Positions 1-11,689 of a stretch of 64,000 nt of DNA are shown here, piece after piece. The translations under genes were made by a program, and so were the position numbers. Source of the stretch: Sphyrna mokarran. Lineage: Eukaryota. Position 1 is the first letter of the stretch; each line of letters opens with the position of its first letter. Location: the NCBI GenBank assembly GCA_024679065.1, contig JAGIQG010000016.1, positions 11,966,001-12,030,000 on the forward strand. The letters are read 5' to 3'. A model generated the notes under the pieces. That model searched no databases. It saw only the letters and a program-made list of their open reading frames with translations, and was not told where the DNA came from.

Positions 1-109
1 TGACGGACAGGAGCATCAGCAGATTTTTGACATTCGCTAACACAGGAATGAATGTGAGTCTGAGACCTCCTGCGGGAAGAACAGACGAATGAACTAACAC
101 TTCCCCATA
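1..109 (-). pseudogene. Exon remnant, WSC-like
   Basis: Acceptor tttttttttatag at 110+; open frame WGSVSSFVCSSRRRSQTHIHSCVSECQKSADAPVR (xIxxCxxxC as in WSC). Runs off the window edge. Confidence 0.55.
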
Positions 110-510
110 CTATAAAAAAAAAAGTATTCTAGTGTAAACTCGAAACCTGCTGATGCTTTAAATCAAAGACTATAATTGTGTCTGTGTTCTTATTCTTCAA
201 TTGGATGATATAATGTTACAGCTGATACAGATGTTCCACTTTGATGAGAAAATCATGGATTTTTAATTTAAAGCCGGAAACCTACTTCACATATCTTCTG
301 ACAATAGTCAATACTATACTATCATCCGTTTTCCTCTGTGAATGATTTTGATTTCCAGATCAGAAAGTTGCATTTTGGCACCTTAATATCCAAAAACAGA
401 ATTCATAATGCAGAAGCAGATTTTTCAGCACGTCGTGTTTCTGTTGACTATTCTTTACCATGATCAGATGCAGTTCATGATCAGCTTTGCAATCAATGCA
501 AAAAATCTAC

Positions 511-651
511 CTAATTTGTGGTGGTTGCAATTTGAGTCCACCACAATGGTCGAAATACAATCCTGCATTCTCAACAGGCCTGTACTATATCAACAGTTTT
601 ACATAACACACGATTGTCAGTTTGGTTACAGTTTACGTTGGCAAATGTAAC
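511..651 (-). pseudogene. Exon remnant, WSC-like C-terminal half
   Basis: cag acceptor, gtaga donor; VTFANVNCNQTDNRVLC... then, frameshifted, GLYFDHCGGLKLQ (CGG motif). Confidence 0.5.
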
Positions 652-1149
652 CTGTCTGAACGAATGATACGTAGAAATAAATCAGTTACACTAATTTTTG
701 ATGGAGCTATAATATTCTGGTAATTTCTTAAATCTAGATTAAAGTAATGTCTGTACTCCAGAATTGAAATAAGCTGGAATATAGGGAAGACAAAGACGAA
801 ATGTGTTTCCAAATATTCTTTCGCTATTCATGTGCAATTATTCTCAAGTTATCTGTGGTGATGATGTCCATACTCTCTGATAACTTGACGTTTCCAATTT
901 AGCCTATATATGTCCTCCTTCATAATCAAGGACACGGTTAACTATCAGATGTTCTAGCGCACAGAATGATGGAAATACATCGGTTGTCTAAACGATACAC
1001 ATTAAGCAAGATTGCAACAATACACTAGATGTGTACAACACATTTAACATCCCGAGAACGTTCCAAGGGACCAAGCGGATAATAGTTATTCGCATAAATA
1101 GCAAAATGAATGTTAGCATTGTTGATGCAACACATTGTGGAAGACATCA

Positions 1150-1276
1150 TTTTAATCAATGCATGCCAGAAGACAAGTAACAACGGTAAGCTGTGTTGTT
1201 GACAAAGTTATTGCAGAACCAACATTATGGATGTTGCAGCCACGAATCTGGCACGGTCGAAATAAAGGCTGCAGTC
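1150..1276 (-). pseudogene. Exon remnant, WSC-like N-terminal half (3' end unresolved)
   Basis: aacag acceptor; IRGCNIHNVGSAITLSTTQLTVVTCLLACID* matches the WSC pattern xGC...LTVxxCxxxC. Confidence 0.55.
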
Positions 1277-2251
1277 CTGTTTTAATCAACTCGGGATGCA
1301 ATAGCAAAATTTTCAAAATAATAAAAAAAGTCGCTGAAGAATTAATTTAAGGGATTGCGTTTTTCATCCGGATTCCTTTCTACCCACGAAGGGAATGCTT
1401 ATTTCCATTTCCAAACAGAACAGTATTGATTGGGACCCGACAAAAAACTGACTTTAATAAACTCAGTTTCTCATTGGGGGAATTGCTTGTTTTCCATGCA
1501 TTGGCATCAGAGACAGAACCTGATAATTTGCAAAATTAGTGCATGAGTGAATCAATGTGCGCATGTGATAGAGGTGGGTGGCCTCGTCTTATACGTCGCA
1601 ATTAATGCTGCATGTTCTCAGGACGTTGTGAGAAAAAGTATGTGGGTTCGAAATAGTGTGTGAAAAAAAAGATAAATAGCGCTACTATGATCCATTTGTA
1701 CTGCTGCTTGAGCAAACAGAATTTATAATTGTAAGCTATAAAGATTCCTCGTGGTTAAGAATATTACTTCCTTTTGTTACAAGCATATTGCCGTGAACTT
1801 CAAACAATGTTATTTCTGTTATGTTTCTGATTGTGAAGAAATCACAATTTCAGTGATGCAAACATGGTAGTCAAACAAATGGAACTGTTTGGCGAATACA
1901 TTTATAAGAAATTTGCTGTGAGAAAAAAAAAACATGTTGCTGGTTAAGTCATAATGAAAATTCATTTATACTGTCGAAGCACCATTTTGAAGATCTTGAC
2001 GAAGTGATGTGAGGTCACATGATGAAATGAGAATACGTGGATGATGGTGAAATCGTATTTCTTGGTTCGATAGCACGGGCAAGCTTTATGGAAAAGGTCA
2101 CAGAATGGACATTAACAGGTCCCTTGTAAGATTAGCTGATGATAAATGAATCATCAATTGCTACATCCTTTTCTCAAATAGGGAAATAATCTTTGGGAAA
2201 ATCCATGAAAATATGTTTCAAATCAGATTGTTCTGTTTATAACAATTGCAC

Positions 2252-2455
2252 CTGTGTCCTTGACGCTTGCGTCTCCACCTGCAAGTTGTCAAAATGATTT
2301 TCAAATGTGTACAAATATCATTTATTCTGTAAGGGAGAGTAAACTTTGTATCAGAAATTATTGATGCTCTAACACAAATATAAACAATTGTCGTTGATGT
2401 TTCTACCCAACGGAGAGAGCAAGGGACATCGTGTGTATAAGTTCCTCTCTCTAAC
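2252..2455 (-). pseudogene. Exon remnant, CTLD start
   Basis: PCSLRWVE /frameshift/ INDNCLYLC*SINNF. Confidence 0.5.
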
Positions 2456-4812
2456 CTACACATATTGCATTTGAGTTATGATCAGGATCTATGAACACAA
2501 GAGTTGCAATTGCAGTCTCAGCCGCACATTATTTAACACATATACTTCATCTCTCTTTCTCTCTGTCTCTCCCCCACCCCCACCCCACAAACAAAATTCA
2601 CAAGCCGCACACTCTAGCATAAACTCACAATCTCTCACATAACCTATGATGCGTCATTAGCGCATAAATTTCTAATCACTTTTCACTATTTATTCAGTCA
2701 ACAGAGCATTAGACGATTACATACAAATAAATGTCTAGCATGGGACAATTTTTATGATTCACACTATTTATTTATCACTGAAAGGAAGATGAAACCTCTG
2801 CTGTGTGTTGTCTCCTGTCATGCTCCCGATCAGCCGCGTTTGAATCCTTTACCATGCACATCGTTTCCATAATCTTTCTCTGTTATTTTCGTCTATTTCC
2901 TGTATATCGCCTCGCTAAAATGTCTGAAATGTGGAAGTATATATATGTGTGTGTGTGTGTGTTTGTGTGTGTGTGTTTTGTGACTGGAAGCTGAAAGTGT
3001 CAGCCCAACTAAAAATAATGCTGAAAAATGTAGATGTGAATTTCAAATGTGTGGTTTTGCATTTCGATGTCTAAAACTGCTTTATCAGAGAACAATGTGC
3101 TAACTTCCCAGGAATTGTTAACTGTCCTCCCAGTAATTCGCTTAAAGCAAAGTAAATTGTTCGAAATGTTGACTGGTTGTGAGGCAGATCGTGCATTGTT
3201 AATTCCGAAATAATGACATGTGGTGTTCCTTAACCACCAGAGAGATAAACAAGGACCTTAGTATGACATGTTATTTACATGGCGTGAACGTCGAAATTAG
3301 TTCCTCAGAAATGGCCTTCTGGAATATGAAGGTGACATCAACCACATTTCCTTCAATAGTTCAAATATAGCATGTTGCAGAAGTGACCATTGCTTGCTGT
3401 CCACCCTAAGTCTCACTTTAACAGTAGTGCATTTCTTCAAATCAGATGTCAGTCAAAGTTACAACACATGAATGTAAGTATGAAACCAAATAACAGCGAG
3501 TACGTACGGGGAAAGCAGATTTATTTAACTGCATGAGTGAGATATGTATTTTCCCTTTATTTATTCCTTTTGATACTGGAATCTGCCAGTATCATATTTG
3601 TTCTTTTTAACTTGAAAATACATTTGCGCTAGTAGAATATAAACTGCATCTGCCAGTGGCATGTGTACATCACATCATCATTGGCCTTGCACTTTGGATG
3701 CTATGTCCAGTGAAAGTACCAAAGCTTCTCCATTGTTTTGAAGAACCGGCTGCTAAATTGCTACTTAATTAATAATAATAAAAAATAACACCGACATTTG
3801 TATGATGTCAGTGAGAAATAATTCTCAGCAATTCTTAAGGCATGGTATCGCTGGATAATTTACGTAGCTGAAACAATCACATCGAAAAACGTTATGCCAC
3901 GCCGGAATCGAATGCAGCCCATTCACCTCGGTCAAATCAATTTTTCATTCTTCACCTCGACGTTTGTTTCAATTTTGATATTGTTATTTGACAGGACTTC
4001 TCGAAACTTTGTGCGAAATGTGAGTCATGTGATTGCTTCCCAAAAAATGAAATTTGATCATTTTTCCTTAACAAACCTCCAGCAAAACACAAATTTGAAA
4101 TTTCACCTCCATGCCGATTACCCTTAAACCCGAATAAAATTCTCCAAATGCCGACTGAATACGCCCCCGTATATAATTCATTTTATCATGACGACCACTG
4201 ATATCATATTTTCTCCCCTGTTATTAATATGAACTCCTTCCTTGTCACTTTTTGATTCGGAAATGGTACCAATATCTTGGGCAGAGAGGAATATTATGAC
4301 AATAAATTACAATACTACCTACTGTTTCAGTTTGACATGTGGGTGTTCTCCTTAGGTGATTTATGTTTTCACGACTGCGTTTCATGGAATTTAACTGATG
4401 TTGAATCTTGTAGAGAAAAAGAATGCAAGGATATGGAACCAAAGTGCTCAGCAATTTAATCCACCAATCGGAAGTTGACTGCTCTCATGCATCCATAATC
4501 GTAGGAAAAATGATCGAAATGACATTTATTTTTCTCCCATTGTAAGAAATGTACAGATGGGGATACTTCGAATTATTGAGTAATTCGTTTCCCTGACTCA
4601 TTTTGTAGCAGAAAAAAAAATCGGATGATGCCAGTCTCATATATAACATGATGAATATGAATTATAGCAGCCAGTCCTCAGATCAAAATTCATATCTGAA
4701 TTAATACCCCTTGTACTATTACAGACAAATTGCACGTACGCAAATGATAACTGAAAATTACAAATCCAGACCTTAAATCAATAAATTAATACACTAATCC
4801 AGTTTTACTTAC

Positions 4813-4864
4813 CTAACTTCTCCAGTTTTTTCTCTGCTAGGGACATCCAAAATTTAGAAACATG
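4813..4864 (-). pseudogene. Exon remnant, CTLD WIGL-type segment
   Basis: ttcag|CATGTT...TTAG|gtaagt; 52 nt, HVSKFWMSLAEKKLEKL; phase 0 matches the upstream exon. Confidence 0.7.
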
Positions 4865-5393
4865 CTGAATTAATTAAGTTAAAAACAACAAACTGTTCAG
4901 GGCAGAAAAATAACAATGTGCTTTAAATTTTGCTGAATCTGCAAACATGGCACGTGTTCTTCAATAGTATTACCAAATATTGGTATTTTTGCATTAACGT
5001 AATTAACTTGCATCTAGTAAAATTGTGTATGTCGTTAAGCTGAAAGATGAGGGAGAAACCGGCAACATGACAGAGGGAGACAGCAAGAGACGAACATGAT
5101 CGTGAGACATATAGAGTGATATTCAAATTTAAGTAACTTAAATATTAGGTGTTTGAACGTTGTTTGTTGCGTACTGTATGCTCACCTGTTACTTGTAGCA
5201 TTTTTTGACAATTGAATAATTCTGAGTCAGAGGATAAATAATGATAAAATAAACCGCATTGCCTTATTTTGAAAGGCACAAGAAAATCGGTTTATTTACA
5301 CCTAAAAATGACATGTATTAGCAGAAATTGAGAAAGCTCAGTCAATCTGCATCATCCATGCTTGCGAGTGTTTATAATTTGTCTAAAATTTAC

Positions 5394-5501
5394 CTCACTG
5401 TCCTTCAATAAAAACTAGAATTCATTTATCTGACTTAAATGCATCCGTGCACTTCACTTACAACAACTTTTTATATATACTCTGCAGTATAGCACATGGA
5501 A
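5394..5501 (-). pseudogene. Exon remnant, CTLD first half
   Basis: ttcag acceptor, GAG|gtaaa donor; SMCYTAEYI*KVVVSEVHGC /fs/ HLSQINEF*FLLKDSE. Confidence 0.65.
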
Positions 5502-6050
5502 CTGAATTAATTTATTTATTTGGAATTATTAACTATATTAACTGAATATAGTTTTACAAACATCATATTTTTTTAAGTTGCTGACATACATTCATTTTTG
5601 TTTATAAAAATGAAAGTCGTATGTTCGTTACTGAAATACTATGAGAATGAAATTTGTCCTTTTTTGAGATTTATGTCTCTATTCGTATTTTCCATGTGGC
5701 CAATGTTATTCATGAGACCCAGATCCACTATAATGTTTGACATTGGTATATTTGAGAGAGGATCAAAGCTATATGCATTTCATTGCTAAATTTTGCCCGT
5801 TGTATTTGTTTTCTTTTTTGCTACTGCGTTATGACACAATATGCATGTTCTCTTTTTCTTTTATTTGTCGTGGCCATCAGTTTGTTTTTACGCATTGCAG
5901 CGTGAAGATGAAGTATTCAACTCAACAAGCTTATTCTGAGCAACAGATGAAACGTTGCTTTCAAAAGTTTACCTTCCTTTAGTCCACGTATTGTGTCTCC
6001 TATTTGAGGCAGAAGGGCAAGAAATAACATTTCAATAACTACGTTCTTAC

Positions 6051-6186
6051 CCCGTAGTTGCAGTGCCATTCCCCTGTATCTATGTCTTTCCGTCGCAAGC
6101 TACCCGTAAACAAACAAAACCAGTATGTCTTCCAAAACAAGGTATGTGTCATATATTACAGGCAGATTTCATTTTAAGTCAGTTCA
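6051..6186 (-). pseudogene. Exon remnant, CTLD end and next CTLD start
   Basis: tttttctttcag acceptor, gtaag donor; HIPCFGRHTGFVCLRVACDGK /fs/ GEWHCNYG. Confidence 0.7.
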
Positions 6187-6800
6187 CTGAAAGAAAAATA
6201 ATGGTGGCAAATTGGAGCCTATTTTATCAACGAGTATTGTCACTTTAGTCACAACGCATTTTATGACGACAATTAAGATAATATCCTAAAACATCATGTT
6301 GCTTTCACATGTTATGACGCGAGCAGTCAGAGGGGCGTGACATTATTTAAAATCTCTAGTTTTCTTGTTGCAAACGGCAAAACTGTCAAAGCCATCAAGT
6401 TAAATTACCCTGGTTCGTCCTTCGTATCCTTACCGTAGCCTCGGCCATGGTTCAGCACATGCTCATGGAAATCTGCTCTACTGCCATCCAGTCAGCTGAG
6501 AATTTACTTCCACATTCCCAAGATTCCATAACGAAATATGATTAGGGCACCCATAGAAATATTATATCTCCACAATGTTTTACTGTTTTATTTGACATAG
6601 ACTATCCTTGGTCCTTTGATTTCAGATGTACATACGGGACGAAATAAGATGAAAACAAAGATTGGAAAGGGATCTCCAGGTCTAAGTCATCACTAGTCCT
6701 CGCGACACGCTAACGGTAGGTGAATTATCAAATTGCTGATCCCACCCAGGCGCCATCACTCTAACTCCACGTGTTTATCCCACTGATTCCTCTAACTTAC

Positions 6801-7215
6801 ATAGTCCAGAACATTAATGGACAATTTGTTCATTAGTCCAAGCGGTGTGAGACGTCGGCTTGTAACCATCAATGTAAAAAAAAGTTGTCAATTCAAATTG
6901 CTCTATTACGTTTCCATTTTAGCCTGCATCTTCAATGTGCAACGAACAACAGCCAAATGCCGTTATTTACTGTTAATGGACAATTTAAAATGGGAAAATA
7001 ACCTAACAGACTTTTAGACATATATTGCAGCATATCGCATATTGCAATAATCTTCGACAAACAACATACTACTTTTAGCCGTTTTTCCACTTGGTCAGTA
7101 ACAGTATAATTTTCAACAGTGCCGACACCTACCATGTGCACAAGGACATTTTTTAAATACATTGCTAGCAATTTTAGCCGTAATGACGTCACCAGATGAT
7201 ATCGCAGGCTATATT
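6801..7215 (-). pseudogene. Exon remnant, near-complete CTLD
   Basis: ttttctttag acceptor, gtaagt donor; IACDIIW*RHYG*NC*QC...CTW; NNGIWLL...RLKW; DGYKPTSHTAWTNEQIVH*CSGL. Confidence 0.7.
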
Positions 7216-7792
7216 CTAAAGAAAACATGTTAAACCTGGGAAATCGCCGCTATTGAAAAGAATTATAATAGATTAGAATACAAACATTTGCGCTCTAAGT
7301 GCAGATTGCACTGATGACATTGTTCTTGCAATATGTTGGTGTGCGTTTGACGGGCTCTGATGTTTCCAATTTCTTACAAAATTTATTTATTTCTGGAAGT
7401 GGTTGTTATCCGAGAATATAAAATTATGTGGTCATCCGCGATTTGCGATTGAGAAACAAAATTACATTTCATGCCACTTCGAAAATCAGAATCTAAATGA
7501 GACGTACGCATGCAAATAACAGTATTTGTCTGATGTTCATTTCAGATTGAACACATAGACTGAAGTGGAAACATAATAAAGATGTTTAAGTTTGCATTTT
7601 TTTTCATGCTGGGATGGTCACGTGCCGATGGTTTACACCAAGGAGATAACGGTTATCGATAAAAAGCTTATAACATATATGGCTATAAATCAATCTGTCA
7701 GTAAAGAAGTTTGGTAAATTTTGATAAGAAAGGCAAATGTTTTCAGGTGGACAAAACGACTGTAAACGCGATGGATAGAACTATTCTCTCAC

Positions 7793-10700
7793 CAGCCTTT
7801 TGAATCAAGTTGCTGCATTCTATAATAAATCAAATGGAAATGATCAACATTGATTAATGACATGCACTACATGCTACATGACAAGAAAACATATTTCTAA
7901 AACTGTGCACGAGAATAATATACAGGTGCGTTGGAACGACATCCTCCAAGATAATGATGCAGTAGCACAGGAGAGATTACTATGAGGGTTTGCAGCAACA
8001 CAGAAATGGGGACTAATTATGGGTTTCGGAAACAATCATATATCGTTTTATTTTCTATGAACCAATTTTAATGATGTTGTATACACAAGTTCAAGTTATC
8101 TTCTGTCCTCAGGAAGAATCAACTTTGTTTTACGCTTCACAGATACTGCAAGACCTACTAAAATTTCAGGCGTCCCATGTCCAGTATGATACGGCTTATG
8201 TCAGGATGAGGATTGAAGGCTCGGTTAGTGCAATGGATAGCTATAGATTAGCCAGGAGGGAGCTAAAGAGGGAATTGAGGAGAGCAAAGAGAGGACATGA
8301 GAAGACTTTGGCTGATACGATTAGGGAGAATCCTAAAGCTTTCTTTAGATATGTTAAGAATAGAAGATTGGTTAGGGCACGATTAGGGCCAGTCATAGAC
8401 AGCAGTGGGAAGTTGTGCGTGGAGCCTGAAGAGATTGGAGAGGCACTGAATAAATATTTCTCTTCGGTATTCACGCAGGGTGATGTAAATGTAGTTATGG
8501 AGAACACTGAGGTACAGGGTAGCAAACTGGAAGGTATCAAAGTAGATAGGGAGGATGTGCTAGATATTCTCGAAGGTTTGAAGTTGGATAAGTCCCCTGG
8601 GCCGGACGGGATTTACCCTAGGATTCTCTGGGAGGCAAGAGAGGAGATTGCAGAGCCTCTGGCTCTGATCTTCAGCTCGTCGTTGGTTACAGGTGTGGTT
8701 CCGGAGGACTAGAGGAGAGCGAATGTGGTCCCGTTGTTCAAGAAGGGGAAGAGAGAACTTCCAGGGAATTATAGGCCAGTGAGTCTTACTTCTGTTGTGG
8801 GCAAAGTGTTGGAGAGAATAATTAGGGATAGGATTTATAGTTATTTAGAGAGTAATGAATTGATTGGAGATAGTCAGCATGGTTTTGTGAAGGGTAGGTC
8901 GTGCCTTACTAACCCCATTGAGTTTTTTGAAAAAGTGACTAAGGAGGTGGATGGGGGTAAGGCGGTTGATGTGGTATATATGGACTCTAGTAAGGCGTTT
9001 GATAAGGTGGCCCATGGAAGACTTCTGCAGAAAATGCAGATGTATGGGATAGAGGGTGATTTAGCTAATTGGGTTAGGAATTGGCTAGCAGATAGCAGAC
9101 AGAGGGTGGTGGTTGATGGGAGATATTCATCGTGGAGTTCGGTGACAAGTGGTGTACCTCAGGGGGCTGTTTTGGGGCCCCTGCTGTTTGTAATTGTTAT
9201 AAATGATCTGGATGAGGGTATTGAAGGATGGATTAGTAAATTTGCAGATGACACTAAAGTCGGTGGAGTGGGAGATAGTGAAGAGGGGGGTTATAGTTTG
9301 CAGAGGGACTTGGACAAGTTGCAGAGCTGGGCCGAGAGGTGGCAAATGGAGTTTAATGTGGAAAAGGGTGAGGTAATGCACTATGGCAGAAATAATAAAT
9401 GTGTAGAGTATAGGGCAAATGTTAGGATTCTTAGTAGTCTAGGTGAACAGAGGGATCTTGGTGTGTATGTGCATAGATCCCTGAAAGTAGGCAGTCAGGC
9501 CGAGAAGGTTGTTCGGAAGGCATATGGAGTCTTGGCTTTTATTGGTAGAGGGATTGAATTTCGGAGCCGCAACGTCATGTTGCAACTGTACAAAACTCTA
9601 GTGCGGCCGCACTGGGAGTATTGTGTGCAGTTCTGGTCCCCACATTATAAGAAAGATGTGGAGGCATTGGAGAGGGTACAGAGGAGGTTTACCAGGATGT
9701 TGCCTGGTATGGAGGGCAGGTCTTATGAAGAGAGGCTGAGGGATTTTAGGTTGTTTTCGTTAGAAAGGAGGCGGCTAAGAGGGGACCTAATCGAAACATA
9801 TAAGATGATTAGAGGTTTAGATAGGGTGGGCAGTGATAGCCTTTTTCCTAGGATGGAAAAAGCTAGCACGAGGGGACACAGCTTTAAATTAAGGGGTGAT
9901 AGTTACAGGACGGATATCAGAGGCAGGTTCTTTACCCAAAGGGTGGTTCGGGAGTGGAATGCCCTGCCTGCAGCGGTTGTCAATGCGCCAAGTTTGGTGG
10001 CGTTTAAGAGGTTAGTTGATAAGTATATGGAAGAGAAGGGAGTGGTTTAGTTTGGAGGGGCATTGCTTTTTATATTGCTCGGCGCAACATCGAAGGCCGA
10101 AGGTCCTGTTCTGTACTGTAATGTTCTATGTTCTACGTTCTATATCATCCAACATCATCCCTCCTGATTATCTGTGACCTGTATTTCTCTTGAGCTTCGT
10201 GATGCACTGTTGGATGAATACATTTATTGTGCCAAAAAGGGGCTTCCATATTACCTTTTGCACACAACTCTTTGTTTTGTTACAGAAAAGGGAAAGTCCA
10301 CGTGTAATGGAAAGATAAAGACGAATTGACGGCATATGTGTGTCGCTAGCGAGGCGAAAAATTATCTTCATGATTAAATGCATTTACGAATGTACATGTG
10401 CAGTATCTTGTTGAAACCACAGCAGGATATTTAGTAACGGTGTACCCATAGTGGTTTGAGCGTCAGAGTTCCAAAAAAAAACGACAGGAGAAATGCAACT
10501 TGATTCATACTCTGGCTGGAAATGGCTGCAAACGCTTTATCCAGATATTTTGCCATTATTGATAGGCTACCCAGTTGTTAAGGATATCCATCTTTGTCAG
10601 ATTATCCCGCTAATCTATTCTTTAATTTCATAAGCATTCACTATTGAAAGCTACAAGACTGCTCAACTGATGTCAGTGCCATTGGAAATGGAAGTGTTTG

Positions 10701-10862
10701 CAGATCTTTATGGTATACTGTCCATACTGTTTAGCTAATTTTCACCTATTTAATAGTTCCATTTTTATGTCTTTCTGGAGCTGCTTCTGGAAAGCCCTTT
10801 GTAAATGGTGATTTAATCAGTTTTCTACACGTGTATGGATTTTATGTGAAAATGCAAATCTG
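7793..10862 (-). pseudogene. Large multi-CTLD exon remnant split by a CR1
   Basis: cctcttccag acceptor, gtgaga donor; IYKGLSRSSSRKT*KW, YESSCISP, DDVG*YWTWDA*NFSRSCSICE (read across the CR1), HFCVAANPHSN. Confidence 0.6.
8188..10142 (+). mobile_element. CR1-clade LINE (HER1-like), 5'-truncated, young, one stop in ORF2
   Basis: ORFs 8071-8712 and 8725-10050 with KSPGPDGI, NYRPVSLTS, QHGFVKGRSC, GVPQG, FADDTK. TAG replaces W at 8710; 3' (TTCTATG)n tail. Confidence 0.97.
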
Positions 10863-11039
10863 CTGGAAGAGGATGCATGAGATTCAGATTTTGTCGAAAA
10901 ACTGATACGTCTGGTCTACAGGTCAATGAGGTTCTCGTATCATGATTTTCCACAGCAGCTCAATAACTTTTCCATTTAACTAAATTAAATTGACTCAAAA
11001 CTGAAGGATGGGTTAATCAACGCACCGACGTTTCTTAAC

Positions 11040-11631
11040 CTGCACAATGGCTGTGCCGGCGCCAGTCAAAGTAATACCGCCATACACTTGCCGCATACGT
11101 TCTGGTCAAAACGGGCTTAAATATATACTCCATTCTTCAACTGCAAACATTGCAGCTATGAACTTTAGCAATTGCCATACACAGGCCTTAGTGATGCTCA
11201 CAATCTACCTTTTCGTTATTCATCCAGAGTACATTACAAACTTCTACACGCATCGGTACTGCCTCTAAATAGAGATGTATTTGGAGTGCTATGGGTTTAT
11301 GGAATTAGTAAGAGGTCTTACCACGCCAGGCCAAATTTCCCCAGCTGTGTTTGTAGTCACCAGGTTTTGGCCACTGATCTTCCATCAGGTGAGCGGGAAA
11401 ATAGGTTTCACAAATACAGCATACATTGACAAATCCACAATTAAAAGGTAATGCGTGGATTGCAAGTCTTTGTGAGTATTTTTGGGTTTTTTTGCAGACA
11501 CTGTCAATGCAACTGGAGAGGGCGATTACCCAAGACAATGAGTAGAATTGTGCATGCCGTGACAAAATTGTGAATGCAGGGTGGGAGGATACATGTAATA
11601 TGATATTAAACGACACGACCTCTGATGCCAT
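11040..11631 (-). pseudogene. Exon remnant, CTLD
   Basis: YSLSWVIALSSC...RLAI; later LWMNNEKVDC and CS*RMEYIFK; CAG|gttaag donor. Confidence 0.55.
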
Positions 11632-11689
11632 CTAATGTGTGCGGAAATTAGTTATCAGTTTCTGCTAATCGATTCTCGGTGCAGTGTGC

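Noticed and set aside
4277-4459. Cys-rich plus-strand exon (CFHDCVSW..CREKEC)
   Set aside because: No partner plus-strand exons or recognisable domain; it ends in a stop.
8071-8712. Host-TE fusion protein (213-aa ORF)
   Set aside because: The N-terminal ~40 codons are antisense pseudo-exon sequence that happens to be open upstream of a 5'-truncated CR1.
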